From an uncultured virus (IMG/VR IMGVR_UViG_3300030376_007346) (Duplodnaviria > Heunggongvirae > Uroviricota > Caudoviricetes), in IMG/VR virus record IMGVR_UViG_3300030376_007346: a stretch of 64,000 nucleotides of DNA; one strand, written 5' to 3'. The notes under the pieces are model-generated. The model was given only the letters and a program-made list of their open reading frames with translations. It was not told where the DNA came from and did no database searches. Positions 47,114 to 57,819 of this stretch are shown here, piece after piece (the stretch's first letter is position 1; the number at the start of each line of letters is the position of its first letter). The position numbers and the translations under genes are program-made.

Positions 47114-49246
47114 TTAATAAGGTATACTATTAACTTGGGTAAACGGTTTCACTATTCCTGGACCTAAAGGGTGTATTACCTGGCCATTCATAATAACTCC
47201 CGCCGCACCACCATTATCAGACCGTTCTTCTTCTTGGGACTCATTTAAAGCCTGGACAAACTCAGTAACCCGATTAGAACTACCATCCGGTAAGTCACCA
47301 ATAGGGAGACCTAAACCTAACATTTTATTTATCATTTTTTCGGTAGCCCCCAATGCACTAGTACCGGGTCTTAATTTAGCTGCCGCGAGTAAAAATGGTG
47401 GGACACCAAAAGGTATATCAGGCATGTTTGCAGCCAATATCCCCAGTATTAAGTTATAAATTTCTTGACAACTTTTTGCTTCTTGAAGACCAATTATTAA
47501 AGGCAATAAAATATCTAATAATTTTCTAATTATTCTTATTTTCTTTTTAGTTTTCTCATCTAACTTACGTAAAATAAAATCTTGTATCATTCTAAGAAGA
47601 ATTTGTTTCAGTATAGCAAGTATTCTTCTCGCAACCGCCGCTAAAAACTCTTTAACTACCCGTATTAGTACTCTTTTGAATATTTTCATCCAGACATCTA
47701 GTGAGTTGGTTAATACAGTATTTTCATTTAGCATTTTTGCTGTTAAGACTATAGGTAATATGCCTTTTGGGTTTAAAATGCAATAAGTAAGTATTTGTGG
47801 TAGTTTCTTAATTAAGGTCTCTTTAAAATCTATTTCTACTGGTAAAGCTATTTCCCCTAAACTTATCTCCATCCCATATTTTTTTGCGGAGGAAGAGGCT
47901 AACCTTGATAGCACCAAGTCAAAAGCCTTCAATTCTTCGTCTTTGGTTAGTGAGGACAATATCTCCTCTACCCCATCATCTGCTATGGTATTGTCTATAG
48001 GAATGTCTAAGGACCCACAACTTTGCAAAGTAAGTACATTCTGAGACTTCCTTTGAGTCTCTAAGTTAATAGCCCTTTCCTCCTCAACACTAAATTCAAA
48101 AAAACTATCATCATCATATAGTTCGGATTGAAAAGCAACAGAATCTGTGGAGGTCTCCATGTCCATACCATCACAAGATTCTAGTATGTTATTAATACTA
48201 GCCATAAATTTATTTAATCCCAATAAATCTTCAACACTAAAATTCTTATTTCTAACACTCATAAACCCAGTAAGAATTTCTAGTATAGCTGCTAATAGAT
48301 TTTGTGTTTCTATTAACTTGACGTTACCGAAATAATCTTTTAAAAATTCTACAAATGTAAATTTAGCTCCGGGATGAGGTCCAGGAGGGGCAGTACCATT
48401 ACCAGGTGCTGATATGTAGTTATTACCGGAGGTTGGGTAATTCGCACTCTTATAGTAAGGAAATATATAAAATATACCCCCAGTAGCTTTTATATCAAAT
48501 AAGGGTCTTCCACTTGCTCCATAAACTGTTTGTATATTTCCTGGAGTACCATTAACAAAGGAGGCACCACCATTGAATACTATATCTCTAAGTAATCTAT
48601 TAAGTGGGTATTTTGATTGACCAGGTGGGTAAGTACCCGCAAAATTCGCATCAGCTTCATACATATACCTACCAACCTTACTGTTAGGGTCGTTAAATAA
48701 TTGTTTTAATAAATCTACATCCGCTATATTTATTTCTATACCATTTGGGTTAGATATCCCGTCACCCACTACAGGAACTAACATATTTAAATCACACCCA
48801 AAAGCTTTTATAATCTCTTCATAAAGTATATCGTCAACTCTTGGTAAAACTTCTAAAACTGATTCTCTTATAATTTGATTAAGTGTTCTTAACCAAACAT
48901 CACTACTCATATCTAAGTGAAATTTTTCACTAAAAGACTTAACCGTAGTTTTAAATTTCCCATCTATAACTTCTTTACCTTTTTTTACTTTTTCTTTTGC
49001 AGCTTTAAAGGCTTTTGCCATTGCTCCTGGTTTGTCCGAATTTTTTTTGGATTTTAATAATTTTAGTAATTCTAATAATAAAGGTAATGGGTTGTTGGTA
49101 ATCTCCCTTAAAGCCTCAAGAACCTCTTTCCATTCCTCTAGATTCTCACGCTTAATTTTTTTATCAGTACTATCTAGAAAAGCCAGAAGACTCTGAACCT
49201 TACCAAATATCTCTTTTTGAGTATCAATAGAATCTTGTCTTCCCAT
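47114..49246 (-). CDS. Large hypothetical protein, possibly structural
   Basis: 710 aa within the putative late operon. Confidence 0.7.
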   Translation of the reverse strand: MGRQDSIDTQKEIFGKVQSLLAFLDSTDKKIKRENLEEWKEVLEALREITNNPLPLLLELLKLLKSKKNSDKPGAMAKAFKAAKEKVKKGKEVIDGKFKTTVKSFSEKFHLDMSSDVWLRTLNQIIRESVLEVLPRVDDILYEEIIKAFGCDLNMLVPVVGDGISNPNGIEINIADVDLLKQLFNDPNSKVGRYMYEADANFAGTYPPGQSKYPLNRLLRDIVFNGGASFVNGTPGNIQTVYGASGRPLFDIKATGGIFYIFPYYKSANYPTSGNNYISAPGNGTAPPGPHPGAKFTFVEFLKDYFGNVKLIETQNLLAAILEILTGFMSVRNKNFSVEDLLGLNKFMASINNILESCDGMDMETSTDSVAFQSELYDDDSFFEFSVEEERAINLETQRKSQNVLTLQSCGSLDIPIDNTIADDGVEEILSSLTKDEELKAFDLVLSRLASSSAKKYGMEISLGEIALPVEIDFKETLIKKLPQILTYCILNPKGILPIVLTAKMLNENTVLTNSLDVWMKIFKRVLIRVVKEFLAAVARRILAILKQILLRMIQDFILRKLDEKTKKKIRIIRKLLDILLPLIIGLQEAKSCQEIYNLILGILAANMPDIPFGVPPFLLAAAKLRPGTSALGATEKMINKMLGLGLPIGDLPDGSSNRVTEFVQALNESQEEERSDNGGAAGVIMNGQVIHPLGPGIVKPFTQVNSIPY

Positions 49247-49248
49247 AG

Positions 49249-49623
49249 TTATATATTATATGTTAAATCATCATTAGCCTCGTCTTTTTTTGATTGAGCT
49301 ACTAATTCTTGTATAGATTCTTTAATATCACTATCTATTGTTAATCCACCACCAGATTGTTCTATATTCTTACTTGTAATAGCGGATATCAACTTAGATA
49401 ATTGTAATTTTTTATCTATAGAAGAGTCAATTATTTTTTGTTGTTCCTTAAGTACAGGACCAATTAAAGCCATATCAGCGGCCTCTTTCATGAAACCAAT
49501 CATTTTATTTTGAATACGAATAGCGGTGGTCCTCTGTTCTACACACTCATTATAGATTTCCTGCATAAGTGCTACCGCACTTTCGTGAGTTAACTTTATT
49601 TCTTTTCTCTTTGGTCTAGGCAT
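49249..49623 (-). CDS. Hypothetical protein
   Basis: 124 aa; ATATTTATA 3 nt before ATG. Confidence 0.75.
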   Translation of the reverse strand: MPRPKRKEIKLTHESAVALMQEIYNECVEQRTTAIRIQNKMIGFMKEAADMALIGPVLKEQQKIIDSSIDKKLQLSKLISAITSKNIEQSGGGLTIDSDIKESIQELVAQSKKDEANDDLTYNI

Positions 49624-49639
49624 ACCTATAAATATCTAA

Positions 49640-50344
49640 TCACTCATTTAGTACATTACCTAAAATAGTTTTATATATATTCTTATAGGATTTTAAAGAA
49701 GACCTAATTTCTTTGGTGGTTAAACCACTCATTTCCCGTAATTGGTAAAGTATGATGTTTTTATTGAACTTATTTCCTTTTCCCGCGATAAAAATAGTTT
49801 GATAATTCTCAAAAACATCAATTAAACAGTACCCAATCTTTTCTTCATTAATGCTTAATCTATTTTCACTAACAAATAATTTTATATCTACAATTAATTT
49901 CTTTATTACCTCATCTACAGGTATGGAATCATCATTAAAAATTTGATACGAATACTTTTCATTCTGTTCTATGGAAGAAGAAATATCCTCATAAGATATC
50001 TTTCTATTTCTATCCCTATTGTCTTTCATTATTTGACCCATTAAATAATTCTTACAAATAGTACCAAAATAAGAATAAGCTTTTTTTCCTTTTGCTGGTT
50101 TAAACTTTTCCATCTTAGTAACTAAGAAAGATAGTGTGTCGGTATGTATATCCGTAAACTCCATACCAGGTCTATATAGACGATAACGACGAATAATACT
50201 CTCAATCATTTTGATTAGAGGGTCACGTAAAAATTCATTATACACCTTATTTTTCTCATCCCAAGTAGTGGCTGTTAAGAATACCCTAACAGCCTCTTCT
50301 TGAGGTGGCCCAAAATATTGTTTAGTTAATGGTTTACGACCCAT
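49640..50344 (-). CDS. Sigma-factor-like protein (T4 gp55-like late sigma candidate)
   Basis: KFKPAKGKKAYSYFGTICKNYL resembles sigma region 2 (FDP.K..AFAYF..I..N). Confidence 0.6.
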   Translation of the reverse strand: MGRKPLTKQYFGPPQEEAVRVFLTATTWDEKNKVYNEFLRDPLIKMIESIIRRYRLYRPGMEFTDIHTDTLSFLVTKMEKFKPAKGKKAYSYFGTICKNYLMGQIMKDNRDRNRKISYEDISSSIEQNEKYSYQIFNDDSIPVDEVIKKLIVDIKLFVSENRLSINEEKIGYCLIDVFENYQTIFIAGKGNKFNKNIILYQLREMSGLTTKEIRSSLKSYKNIYKTILGNVLNE

Positions 50345-50349
50345 CTGTA

Positions 50350-51150
50350 TTACGATTCAAAAACTACTTCTCTATCCATAGTAAAGAAATATTCTTGTTT
50401 TGCGGTCTCAACCCAAAACTTAGCTTCATCAGGACCTAACCTCAAGTCCTGATTAAATTTATAATCCCAGAATAATGAATTTATTCTTTGATTGGTGTGT
50501 TTATACCCCACTTTAGGTATTGTCATTATAACGGTATCATTATATGTCGCTCTTAATAAAAACTCATAATTAAAAGTTAATTTCATACTAGATTTCATAC
50601 CCCCAATTTCTTCAAATTTACTGGTTCTCATAATCATCCCACTTACTTGGAAGTTTTGGTATCTGAGAAGTGTATTATTATCTAAGTATCCTAAGTCCTC
50701 TGAGAACCCCATAGCCCATAACGCTTCATTAGTAAACCCAATAAACTGTCCTTTTTCATCAGTATCAACCACCAAAGGTAAGAATATATCCACATCTTCA
50801 TAATGTGGGATATAAGAATCAAACTGTTTAAACCATATATTAGAATATTCATCATCAGCTTCTAATATAGAAAAGAATTCACTGTCACAATTTTCTACAC
50901 CCAAGTTTATTTGACCACAAAAACTTGTGTCACCATCATTGTAAACAAGTTGGAACATAGGTAAATCCGATGGTTTTTCCCATTTTTCCATAAATGTTTT
51001 AACTTCATCATTGTCAGCAGCGACAACTAATATTTTACCAGGTTTAACTACGGCTTGAGTTATACTTGTAATGGCTTTTGTAAACCATTCATTAAAATTA
51101 CCAGATACATCGTGTACTGGTACAATTACTGTTATATCTTTACTATTCAT
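50350..51150 (-). CDS. Glycosyltransferase family 2
   Basis: ITVIVPVH, N.GV, LEADDEY; likely ATG at 51150. Confidence 0.8.
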   Translation of the reverse strand: MNSKDITVIVPVHDVSGNFNEWFTKAITSITQAVVKPGKILVVAADNDEVKTFMEKWEKPSDLPMFQLVYNDGDTSFCGQINLGVENCDSEFFSILEADDEYSNIWFKQFDSYIPHYEDVDIFLPLVVDTDEKGQFIGFTNEALWAMGFSEDLGYLDNNTLLRYQNFQVSGMIMRTSKFEEIGGMKSSMKLTFNYEFLLRATYNDTVIMTIPKVGYKHTNQRINSLFWDYKFNQDLRLGPDEAKFWVETAKQEYFFTMDREVVFES

Positions 51151-51154
51151 ATTA

Positions 51155-52216
51155 TTAAGAGTTTTCACCAACAGGTGTAAGTTTATTTAGGGCATTTTCT
51201 AATTCAGTTATTTTTTCAGTAACTAATTCGTCAAAGTAAGATAACACCATTTCTTTTTCTTTTTCAGGTGAGTTTGATTTTACCGTCTCACTCATTTGTG
51301 CGTAAAGTTTTTCCGGGACAGAATCCTCTAACCAGTTCTTCACAAAAGTACTAACAACCTCAACTAACTTAGACTCATCAAAAACCCAAACACCATTTTC
51401 ATTAGTCATCCAGTCTGGTTTTAAAATAGGTAAGGTACCCACTACTGGTGTATTACACATCATAGACTCTAGTGGGAAAGTACCCCAACCACCATTTCTA
51501 TCTACCCATACAGACATGAAACATTCCCCTAAGGTAGTTGCAAATTCTTCTCTACTCATATTTCTCATGTCTCTAAAACTTATCCATTTAAATTGTGGGT
51601 GTTGTAGGTAGAAACTCTTAATTAATTTAAGAGTATCCCTATGGTCTCTTGTATGTACCGCGATAGTTGGTTTTTTAGGTTTTTCGTGTGGTTTAAAATA
51701 TTCCGGAATAGAAGGTGTGATAACACTAATATTCATAGTTGGAAATAATGCTTTTATATATTCTTTTTGGGTGTTAGTTGTTGTTAAACATTTGGTAACC
51801 CCGTAATTTGACCACCCAAAACCAGGATTTAATGTATCCAAAATGTAATCATAAGCTTGACAGAAAACAATTTTAGTACACGGCATATCTTTTATTTGTT
51901 CTAAGACATGACCATATATTTCTGGTACAAAAACAAAGTCTTGTGGCCCTACTTTTAGTTCCCCAGTTTCTATACTTGCGTGTGGTAAATTAGCGTATTC
52001 TTCACCTAACCATTCACCCACTCCTTTATATTCTGTTTTTTCATAAAGTACACAAGCCTCATATCCTGCGTCTACTAGATATTTGACATATTGGTACGTT
52101 ACAGCTACAGAAGCTATTGCTCTACCCTCACTATCTTGTGTGAGAAAATAGAATTTACCTTTTTTATCTTTAAGTTTTGTTAAAGATGTTTCTAATATTT
52201 TTACTTGCTGTTCCAT
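51155..52216 (-). CDS. GT-B fold glycosyltransferase
   Basis: GGWGTFPLESMMCNTPVV resembles the GT4 EGFG...EAM..G.PVV motif. Confidence 0.7.
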   Translation of the reverse strand: MEQQVKILETSLTKLKDKKGKFYFLTQDSEGRAIASVAVTYQYVKYLVDAGYEACVLYEKTEYKGVGEWLGEEYANLPHASIETGELKVGPQDFVFVPEIYGHVLEQIKDMPCTKIVFCQAYDYILDTLNPGFGWSNYGVTKCLTTTNTQKEYIKALFPTMNISVITPSIPEYFKPHEKPKKPTIAVHTRDHRDTLKLIKSFYLQHPQFKWISFRDMRNMSREEFATTLGECFMSVWVDRNGGWGTFPLESMMCNTPVVGTLPILKPDWMTNENGVWVFDESKLVEVVSTFVKNWLEDSVPEKLYAQMSETVKSNSPEKEKEMVLSYFDELVTEKITELENALNKLTPVGENS

Positions 52217-52220
52217 GTAT

Positions 52221-52508
52221 TTAAAGTTTTTTAATTATTTTATATTTTATTAAAGTATTTAAAGCTAATTTATTAGGTATTGATAATTTATTTAGTGAGA
52301 CAACACCTAACTTATCGTCCACATCCTCCACTATATTACAGATAGTATCTACCATAGATTTGAAGAACTCAAATTTAGGTAAATTGATTTCCGTAGCTTT
52401 ATCTACCGTATCTCCCGTAATGTAGGTTATGTTACCCATGAACTCATCCACATCAAAGTACAATTTTTCATTACCTATATTTAATTGTAAATTACTATTC
52501 TTCTTCAT
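52221..52508 (-). CDS. Hypothetical protein
   Basis: 95 aa in operon. Confidence 0.7.
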   Translation of the reverse strand: MKKNSNLQLNIGNEKLYFDVDEFMGNITYITGDTVDKATEINLPKFEFFKSMVDTICNIVEDVDDKLGVVSLNKLSIPNKLALNTLIKYKIIKKL

Positions 52509-53070
52509 ATTCTTTTTTTAATAATCCCTCAAAAGACTCTATATCTTTTAAAGTATCTATTTTTAGGTCCCCACTAAAAGACTCGTTATAAATCTTATTT
52601 AATATTATTAATTTCTTATCTTCAGGCTTAGACTCAATAATGTCTACATCAGAAGTTATAAAAATATCTGTCAAAGACCACACATAATCTAAATTTTTTA
52701 TAGAATAAAAAACAATCTCATCAACAACCACACCATATTTTGCTAAAAACCATAATGTAGCGGCCTTACCCCTACCAAAATCGTCACTAACTAACCTCAA
52801 TCTATAACCTACAGGTAAGTTTTTATATAAGTCCACTAAGTGTGATATAATGTTAATTTCTGTTTCTTTCGCCTGTCCAAATATTTCCATCGGAGCCTCT
52901 TCATATAAAAAATCAATAAGTTCGTCCTGAGTTTTAAAGTCCACATAATCTAATAAATTAGGAGTGATAACATCATTCTCCAATTCTTTTTCATGGTACT
53001 TTTCGTATACATCTTGGAATTTACCCAAAACATTTCTTAAAACTTCATTTATACTTATTGTGATATTCAT
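52495..53070 (-). CDS. Degenerate HAD-fold / 5'(3')-deoxyribonucleotidase-like protein
   Basis: ITISINEVLRN where the DxDxV motif would lie; C-terminal YN; catalytic Asp apparently absent. Confidence 0.45.
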   Translation of the reverse strand: MNITISINEVLRNVLGKFQDVYEKYHEKELENDVITPNLLDYVDFKTQDELIDFLYEEAPMEIFGQAKETEINIISHLVDLYKNLPVGYRLRLVSDDFGRGKAATLWFLAKYGVVVDEIVFYSIKNLDYVWSLTDIFITSDVDIIESKPEDKKLIILNKIYNESFSGDLKIDTLKDIESFEGLLKKEYEEE

Positions 53071-53085
53071 ACTTAAAACTAATTA

Positions 53086-53829
53086 TTAAACCCTCTTTTG
53101 TAAAGAATCAAAAACCCTTTCTATTTTCGCTATTAAAGGATTTCTAACAACATCAGATTTATTAAATTGTACACAACCAATTTCGTCTATATCTTGAAAG
53201 TGGTCCATTAAGAAGGTTAAACCATTATGACCTTTGGAATCCTGTTGTCTTTCATCCCCTAAGAATATCATTTTAGAATCTCTACCTAATCTTGTCATAA
53301 TAGTCCTTATATTTTCTTGTGATATGTTTTGAGCTTCATCTATAATGATAATCGACCTATCTAGATTAATTCCCCTCATATAAGCAATCGGTAACTCTTC
53401 TATAGTTTTTAACTCCCTAAGTCTAGATGTGATAGTTTGCCCCACCAATTTTTCAAAGTTATGTACAAATGAAAACATAAAGGGTTCCATTTTTTCTCTT
53501 AAACCACCTTTAAGAAACCCAATCTCCTCATTTTTTAATGTGGTTACAGATTTTACAATGACAATTTTTTTATATTTAGCATAACGTTTGATTAGTTTTA
53601 GTGCTTCAGCACACGCTAAATAAGTTTTACCTGTACCAGCCGGACCAGAACAAATAACAACTTCTTTTTCTTTTATAGCATTGACTAGTGCTTTTTGATT
53701 TTCAGTTTTACACTTAACATTAATCGTCATAGTGTCCGAAAGTCTTTTTTCTTCGGTATTATTTTGGTAAATCCATTCTTCTACCTCCATTTGTTCCTCT
53801 CTACTTAATTTTTTACTTCTCCTTCCCAT
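53086..53829 (-). CDS. phoH: PhoH-family ATPase
   Basis: GPAGTGKTYLA, YMRG, IIDEAQN, VVRNPL. Confidence 0.95.
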   Translation of the reverse strand: MGRRSKKLSREEQMEVEEWIYQNNTEEKRLSDTMTINVKCKTENQKALVNAIKEKEVVICSGPAGTGKTYLACAEALKLIKRYAKYKKIVIVKSVTTLKNEEIGFLKGGLREKMEPFMFSFVHNFEKLVGQTITSRLRELKTIEELPIAYMRGINLDRSIIIIDEAQNISQENIRTIMTRLGRDSKMIFLGDERQQDSKGHNGLTFLMDHFQDIDEIGCVQFNKSDVVRNPLIAKIERVFDSLQKRV

Positions 53830-53847
53830 TATTAGTATTTAAAATTT

Positions 53848-54786
53848 TTATTTTCTACAGCTTTCATAATTATCAACAAACCACTCTATAGTTTCTTTTA
53901 GACCATCATCTAAACTAGTGAATTTAAAGTCTGGTAAATAAGATAATAATTTACTATTGTCACTAGGTTTTCTAAATTGACCGTCAGGCTTGTCCGTTTG
54001 CCAAATAACTTCACCTTTAAAGTCCATATGTTTAACTATTAGGTTAACGACTTCTTTTATAGAAATTTCCTGTGATGTGGTTAAAATCAAAGGTTCCTCC
54101 TCATCATAACTTTCAACAACCCACTCTGTTAATTTAGCCACATCTTTAGAGTATATAAATTCTCTAAGTGGTTTCCCACTCCCCCAAATCTTAAATGGGG
54201 TGTTATTTTTTTTCGCCATATAACATTTATGGATTAGTGATGGTATAACATGACCATTGTCCACATCAAAATTATCATTAGGCCCATAGATGTTTGTTGG
54301 TATTACAGATACGTAATTTAGACCATATTGTTCTCTATATGCACGAATTTGTATGTCTGCCATTCTTTTAGCGTAAGCGTAAGGGTAGTTTGAGTTGTGT
54401 GGTTCACCTAAATGTATTTTTTTTTCGGTTAAAGGGTAATCTACTTCATTTGGAAATACACAAGTAGATAAAAAACAAACTAGTTTAGTTACCCCATACT
54501 TTCTACAGGATTCTATAACGTTTGTGTTAATCATAATATTATCATAAAAAAACTCACCTTTCATATTCATATTACCACCTAATCCACCTACTCGGGCCGC
54601 ACAATGAACTACATTTAATGGTTTTTCCTTGCGGAATAGTTCATCACATATAATTGGGTCACGTAAATCCTTAGAACTATTGGTTTTTATATCTGCTGAG
54701 ATATTCGAACCAACTAAACCCCTACCACCAGTAACTAATAGCCTAGGTCTCTTAACATGATTTTCACCATAATCTAATATTTCCAT
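53848..54786 (-). CDS. fcl: GDP-L-fucose synthase
   Basis: AARVGG, STCVFP, YAYAKR, PTNIYGPNDNF, WGSGKPLREF, KPDGQ; likely ATG at 54786. Confidence 0.93.
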   Translation of the reverse strand: MEILDYGENHVKRPRLLVTGGRGLVGSNISADIKTNSSKDLRDPIICDELFRKEKPLNVVHCAARVGGLGGNMNMKGEFFYDNIMINTNVIESCRKYGVTKLVCFLSTCVFPNEVDYPLTEKKIHLGEPHNSNYPYAYAKRMADIQIRAYREQYGLNYVSVIPTNIYGPNDNFDVDNGHVIPSLIHKCYMAKKNNTPFKIWGSGKPLREFIYSKDVAKLTEWVVESYDEEEPLILTTSQEISIKEVVNLIVKHMDFKGEVIWQTDKPDGQFRKPSDNSKLLSYLPDFKFTSLDDGLKETIEWFVDNYESCRK

Positions 54787-54787
54787 G

Positions 54788-55765
54788 TTACTTTTCATAA
54801 TGTTCTATCCAATATTCAATCATTTCATCCATCATAGACTCAAAGCTATACCGGGGTGTCCAACCCAATAGTTTTTTTGCTTTACTACAATCACCTTTTA
54901 AGTGAGTTAACTCCTCAGGTCTAAGGTACTTTTTATCTACAGAAACATAATCAGTCCAATCTAAATCTAAAGAGTTAAATACATATTCAACCAGGTCTTT
55001 AACGGTATGTGAAATTCCAGTAGAACACACAAAATCATCTGGTGTGTCGTGTTGTAATATTAACCACATAGCTTCTACATAATCTTTGGCGTGACCCCAA
55101 TCTCTACTAGCTTCTAAATTACCTAATTTTAATTCATTTGATAAACCAAATTTTATTTTTACCGCTTCTTTTGCGACTTTATTGGTTACAAAATTAATTC
55201 CCCTTCTTGGTGATTCGTGATTAAATAATATACCATTAGAGATAAACATTTTATATGAGTTTCTGTAATTTCTACATATATTGTACCCAAAAACTTTAGC
55301 ACATCCATAAGGGGAAACTGGGTTAAGTGGTGTTGTTTCTCGCTGATACCCATCATCATCTATACTATTACCGAACATTTCCGAGGAACTTGCTTGGTAT
55401 ACTTTGATTTTGGGGTCAGTTAACCTAACAGCTTCTAGTAAGTTTAAAACACCTAGACCAGTTACATTAGAAGTATATATCGGTTGGTCAAAACTAATTC
55501 TTACATGAGATTGTGCAGCTAGATTATATATTTCGTCTGGTACACATTTTTGTATGACACTTATGACTGAGGAAAGGTCAGTTAAATCACCATAAACTAA
55601 ATTTAGTTCTTTGAAAACATTATCTGGAATTCTTGCAGTCTGATTTTCAGCTACAGAATTTCTCTTAAGAATGCCCCAAACCTCATAGCCTTTTTCTAGT
55701 AAAAATTCGGCCAAATAAGAACCATCTTGACCGTTTATTCCTGTTATTAGAGCTACCTTCGACAT
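54788..55765 (-). CDS. gmd: GDP-mannose 4,6-dehydratase
   Basis: ITGINGQDGSYL, LAAQSHV, SPYGCAK, FNHESPRRG, RDWGHA. Confidence 0.97.
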   Translation of the reverse strand: MSKVALITGINGQDGSYLAEFLLEKGYEVWGILKRNSVAENQTARIPDNVFKELNLVYGDLTDLSSVISVIQKCVPDEIYNLAAQSHVRISFDQPIYTSNVTGLGVLNLLEAVRLTDPKIKVYQASSSEMFGNSIDDDGYQRETTPLNPVSPYGCAKVFGYNICRNYRNSYKMFISNGILFNHESPRRGINFVTNKVAKEAVKIKFGLSNELKLGNLEASRDWGHAKDYVEAMWLILQHDTPDDFVCSTGISHTVKDLVEYVFNSLDLDWTDYVSVDKKYLRPEELTHLKGDCSKAKKLLGWTPRYSFESMMDEMIEYWIEHYEK

Positions 55766-56491
55766 CTATATATTGTTTAATTTTATTATTTCTTCTTTAT
55801 TTAAATTTTTACCGTTTCTCACACAATCCATTAAGTAAGCTTTCATTTTAATGTGATATTTTTCGTGTGACATATAAAATGAATCGTGTGAAGTGACATG
55901 TAAGTAATTTAGGTTAGGTGTCACGTTAAACTTACCACCTTCTAATAACCATAAATAAAGTAAGGAGTTAACCTCCACGTACTTTATAACGTCCTCCCAA
56001 CCAGACACAACAGAAATATACTTATTTTTATTAACAAAGTAATTACCACCATTAAATAAAGCCCCCAAATCCTCTAATAAATCAGACGGTTTATCAAATG
56101 TAGTGCCCTCATATTTAATAAAATTAAAAGGTCCAAATTGTGATGGTTGGTAAATAGTATTAACATCCCATTCTTTTATCCCTAGTAAAGTTTCGACGTA
56201 AGAATCCTTAAGTAAATTATCGGAGTCGAATAATACACACCAATCATTACTTGCCTGGGTCATAGCTATATACTTGTTATGAAAAGCACCCACATTCTTG
56301 TCATTTCTAAATAATTTTACGTGAGCTTTGGTATCACAAAAATCTTTTAGTTTGTTGAATATGGATATTTCCGAACAATCATCATTAATTACAATCTCAT
56401 CGAATAATGTAACATTATCAATTAATCTGATAATCGCATCCACCCTATTGTAGTTGGTTAAAACTAAACTAATCTTTTTTTCATTCATCAT
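55766..56491 (-). CDS. Glycosyltransferase family 2
   Basis: TNYNR, INDDCS, FDSDN. Confidence 0.8.
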   Translation of the reverse strand: MMNEKKISLVLTNYNRVDAIIRLIDNVTLFDEIVINDDCSEISIFNKLKDFCDTKAHVKLFRNDKNVGAFHNKYIAMTQASNDWCVLFDSDNLLKDSYVETLLGIKEWDVNTIYQPSQFGPFNFIKYEGTTFDKPSDLLEDLGALFNGGNYFVNKNKYISVVSGWEDVIKYVEVNSLLYLWLLEGGKFNVTPNLNYLHVTSHDSFYMSHEKYHIKMKAYLMDCVRNGKNLNKEEIIKLNNI

Positions 56492-56882
56492 TAATAGCTT
56501 TTATAAATTCATCGTAAGTTAAAATATAGTCATTAATATCATATTTTGTAGAACAAATAACTAGTATTTCAGCGTCATCAGTTAAAAACTCTTGGGAATC
56601 CCACACTAACTCGGGGATTAAAACAGATTCATTCTGTTTTAAATTTATACTTTTAGTTATCTTACCATCATCTAACATCACATTAACCGAACCCCTAGTG
56701 CAAATCAAATATTGTTTGGTCTTATGGTGTGAATGGTTACCCCTAACAGAACCAACAGGAACGTTATTAACCACAAAAATTCTTTTAGGGATAAAATCAA
56801 ACATATCCAAATCAATGGGTAGTAAATAACCCCTTTTATCCTCAAAACAATTAAATGTGTGTTTTTTAATATTATTTAACAT
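56481..56882 (-). CDS. Sugar 3,4-ketoisomerase cupin (FdtA/QdtA/WxcM-like)
   Basis: DKRGYL, KRIF, RGNHSH motifs. Confidence 0.88.
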   Translation of the reverse strand: MLNNIKKHTFNCFEDKRGYLLPIDLDMFDFIPKRIFVVNNVPVGSVRGNHSHHKTKQYLICTRGSVNVMLDDGKITKSINLKQNESVLIPELVWDSQEFLTDDAEILVICSTKYDINDYILTYDEFIKAINDE

Positions 56883-57816
56883 ATTTGTTTATTGTGTTTG
56901 TTATAAAATTTATATTTTCAGTGGTTAGTTTTTCGTGGAATGGGATACTGACGGTTTTTTTAGATATAATCGATGTGTTTCTACATATCTTATCTGTAAC
57001 ATCATAAGGTCTACTAGTGGATTCACGATAGGCTTTTACCTCGTGTAATGCCTCATAGTGTACGCCACAAATAATACCACTGGATTTCATCTTATCTATA
57101 AATTCTTTACGGTCAGAAACCTCAATACGATATAGATGGTCAGAAGTGTTATTATAACCTAGAGAAGAGTTATATTTTTTTCTAATAGAATTAAGTTTTC
57201 TTTTTTTAGAATCTAAAAGTTTTAAATTTTCATTTGCTATGTAACATTGAATCGAGTTCATGTACATTTTATACCCAGGAAATTTAATTGTTCTGTCCCA
57301 GTTATTGTGAGCATAAGTCATCCCATTCATTGTAGCCTCCTTAAACCACTTTATCTTTTCATAGTCATTGGATACTATAATCCCCCCATCGGAACTACCT
57401 ATTGGTTTAGTTGGGTAAAAACTAAATATCATTAAGTCTTCATCATTCGCTTCATTCTTAAACTGGTTTCGGTCAACCTTTTGAGCGGAGTCAATAATTT
57501 TATAATCATCAAAGTGATGAAGAATGTAAGAATCACCAACCCAATCCGTATCATCATTAAAATCTAATTTATTACCAGAAGTTAGTATTGCGTTACACAC
57601 TACAGGTGGTATCATACTAGGTACTATCACATGCTGATTTTTATTTAACAAAGATAAAAATATAGCATTTGTAGCACTATTAATAGAACAAGCATATTTG
57701 GCTCCTACATAGTCACAAAAGTTAGACTCAAACTCTGTCACTATTGAACCATGTAGATAATGGTTAAATTTAGACGTGTCTATTTTGTGGTTTTCTATAT
57801 TAAATAAATTTATCAT
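56872..57816 (-). CDS. DegT/DnrJ/EryC1/StrS sugar aminotransferase
   Basis: NSATNA, DSAQ, FSFYPTK, DGG. Confidence 0.9.
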   Translation of the reverse strand: MINLFNIENHKIDTSKFNHYLHGSIVTEFESNFCDYVGAKYACSINSATNAIFLSLLNKNQHVIVPSMIPPVVCNAILTSGNKLDFNDDTDWVGDSYILHHFDDYKIIDSAQKVDRNQFKNEANDEDLMIFSFYPTKPIGSSDGGIIVSNDYEKIKWFKEATMNGMTYAHNNWDRTIKFPGYKMYMNSIQCYIANENLKLLDSKKRKLNSIRKKYNSSLGYNNTSDHLYRIEVSDRKEFIDKMKSSGIICGVHYEALHEVKAYRESTSRPYDVTDKICRNTSIISKKTVSIPFHEKLTTENINFITNTINKYVK

Positions 57817-57819
57817 TAA

